From NCBI GenBank assembly GCA_963677485.1, contig OY781964.1, positions 1-64,000 on the forward strand: a stretch of 64,000 nucleotides of DNA, in the 5' to 3' direction. A program made the translations under genes and the position numbers. This document shows, one piece after another, positions 62,139-64,000 of this stretch. Numbering within the stretch: the first letter of the stretch is position 1; every line of letters starts with the position of its first letter. The notes beneath the pieces are model-generated. The model saw nothing but the letters and a program-made list of their open reading frames with translations. It did no database searches and had not been told where the DNA came from. The stretch comes from Armatimonadota bacterium (GTDB taxonomy: Bacteria; Armatimonadota; HRBIN16).

Positions 62139-63730
62139 GATGCCCCTGGACCTTCTTTCACAGGCAGTGAGATGACAAACCGTGCCCCGTGAGGCACGAC
62201 ATCCTCTACCCAGATTCTACCGTCATGATAGCGTACAATTTCGCGGGTGACCGCCAGTCCCAAACCGGTGCCTGAAGTCGACCGGGCGGTGCTGTCGCCG
62301 CGGTAAAACTTATCGAATATTTTCTCACGCTCAGATGGTAGGATACCAGCTCCTTCGTCTTCTATCCAAATTCTGAACTCATTCGTGCCCATCGATACGC
62401 CCATCCGCACAGGACTGTCAGAAGGACTGTAGGCCAGTGCATTGGCCAGCACGTTTTCAAGAGCCCGGGCCATCTGCACGAAATCAACGCAGACCATAGG
62501 AAGGGTGTCTGGCAGCAGCACCTCCACCCTCGGTTTTTGCTTCTGAGGAATCTTTGACAGGGCGCTCCAAATCAGATCGGCCATATCATACCACTCTTTT
62601 TTTGGTTCCCAAGCCGATGATTCCAGGCGTGACAGGTCCAACAAGGCGTTGATGCTGCCCGAAAGGCGGTTCAAGTCTTCCTGCACACTCGCCAGCTCCG
62701 GAGCCACGCTCTCCAGGTTCCACTCCACATCCTCTGAGGCGAGGTTGCTGACTGTCGCAGTGATGGAGGCGATCGGTGTCTTCAGTTCATGTGAGACAGA
62801 GGACATCAGCGTGGACTTGAACCGATCCGCCTCACGCAGCGCATCGGCCTGAACAGCCGCGGTCTGCAGCCGCTTACGCTCCAGAAAAGCCGCTGTTTGA
62901 TTAGCGGCCGCCACCAGCGGACGGACTCCGCTTATCGAATAAGGCTGCCCATCAAACCGCGGACCAACATACAATATCCCTTCCTGCCTGTCAGCAGACT
63001 GTAGCGGGATGTATAAGTCATTACGGCTGCGGTCGGCACCCGCTAGAGTGTGCTCAACCGAAATCGGCCAACCAACAGTCGTAGGGTCTGAGCGTTTGTC
63101 GATGGGTGGTAATCCTACCGCCTTCGATTGCTCGTATGCCCATTCGGCGATGGCCATCACCGATGGTTCAGCAGGCGCTTCTCTCTCACCCACCGAGGTA
63201 AACTCATTAAGCTTCCCCGCTTGATCTGCCAGTAATAGCGCAGCAGTACAAGCTCCGGTAATGTTGAGCACCTCATGCATCAACAGCTCTGCTGTATCCG
63301 CCACAGACGCATCAGACACTAACCGCGCACTGAATTGGTTGAGCATCGCCATCTCGCGTTCGCGGGCCAGAGCCTCCGCTTCGCGGTCGCGCATTCGGCC
63401 CGTCTGCGTGCCCATCGCCGCTGCGACCGCCAAAAACACCAGCAGCGACAACCAGTCCTGAGGGTCATGCACCACTAACGTGTCGTATGGAGGCAAGAAG
63501 AAAAAGTTCCATTGAAAAAACGCCAGAGCGGCTGCCAACAAAGCCGGTTTCACGCCACTCAACCCAGCCACCAAACCCACAATCAGCAGATACAGCAACG
63601 CCCACTGCCCCTTAGCGAAATGCTCGCGGCCAGGTACAAACAGTGCCGTCGCCGCGAACACACACACCACGGCGAACAGGTAGCTATGCTGTTTTATGAA
63701 GGTCTTCAGGTATTTCAACTGAGCAGTCAC
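62135..63730 (-). CDS. kdpD: KdpD C-terminal sensor kinase (4 TM DUF4118-like, GAF, HK)
   Basis: NFFFLPPY, SVSHELKTP, N and G boxes GTGLGLA; lacks the N-terminal KdpD domain. Confidence 0.88.
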   Translation of the reverse strand: MTAQLKYLKTFIKQHSYLFAVVCVFAATALFVPGREHFAKGQWALLYLLIVGLVAGLSGVKPALLAAALAFFQWNFFFLPPYDTLVVHDPQDWLSLLVFLAVAAAMGTQTGRMRDREAEALAREREMAMLNQFSARLVSDASVADTAELLMHEVLNITGACTAALLLADQAGKLNEFTSVGEREAPAEPSVMAIAEWAYEQSKAVGLPPIDKRSDPTTVGWPISVEHTLAGADRSRNDLYIPLQSADRQEGILYVGPRFDGQPYSISGVRPLVAAANQTAAFLERKRLQTAAVQADALREADRFKSTLMSSVSHELKTPIASITATVSNLASEDVEWNLESVAPELASVQEDLNRLSGSINALLDLSRLESSAWEPKKEWYDMADLIWSALSKIPQKQKPRVEVLLPDTLPMVCVDFVQMARALENVLANALAYSPSDSPVRMGVSMGTNEFRIWIEDEGAGILPSEREKIFDKFYRGDSTARSTSGTGLGLAVTREIVRYHDGRIWVEDVVPHGARFVISLPVKEGPGAS

Positions 63731-63791
63731 TCTCTATGGGATAGCGATGCGTGGCAAAGTTTGTGTATGCCGACTGGCGAATCGCTGACTT

Positions 63792-63855
63792 GGGCGAAGC
63801 ACGCCTCGCCCATGGTTCCTATAACCGTCTTAGGGCGGGGAGACCCCGCCCCTAC
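63792..63855. repeat. REP palindromes
   Basis: gggcgaagcacgcctcgccc; gggcggggagaccccgcccctac identical to 14357-14379. Confidence 0.85.
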
Positions 63856-63886
63856 GATTCCGTGACCATCGCCCCGCGCGTTACTG

Positions 63887-64000
63887 CTATTCGGCGAAGG
63901 GGTTGATGAAGGTGAAGTCGTTGTACACGTCCGAACAGGCTGTGCCGTTCAGGAACTGAAGGCTGAACTGCGCCTCCTGCGCTCGCCTGGCGATCCGCCA
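63887..64000 (-). CDS. 3' end of an unidentified gene running off the window
   Basis: Open frame ...VYNDFTFINPFAE* followed by REP. Confidence 0.4.
   Translation of the reverse strand, partial: WRIARRAQEAQFSLQFLNGTACSDVYNDFTFINPFAE

Overview
Bacterial chromosome window from a diderm (secretin, TolC), plausibly Armatimonadota (inferred from the dockerin-like NLFD tails and pilin cluster). 1-11217 is the AT-richer right arm of a prophage: virion/ejection-type genes, a polyvalent protein with an HExxH motif and LPD38-like C-terminus, an IPT/TIG-dockerin moron, an HNH-type gene and a tyrosine integrase, ending in an att copy of the 3' half of tRNA-Lys(CTT). Host genes follow: glycoside hydrolases, a TolC/HlyD/ABC-permease/TetR operon, a type IV pilus cluster with tandem pilB paralogs, mutS, an M6 protease, a racemase/M55/S66 peptidoglycan-processing cluster, tRNA-Gly and a kdp locus with split KdpD. 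The best candidate for an undescribed system is a 1656-bp mobile element in two apparently identical copies (391-2050, 42861-44520). It encodes a ~506-aa protein in which I see no classical DDE or HUH signature (YDK...LRIE motif, C-terminal wHTH) and has no terminal inverted repeats. It is bounded by TTAG on both sides and has a subterminal hairpin carrying the complement of TTAG. Removing it in silico restores both interrupted genes exactly. The intergenic spacers are nested palindromes built from several short repeat families.
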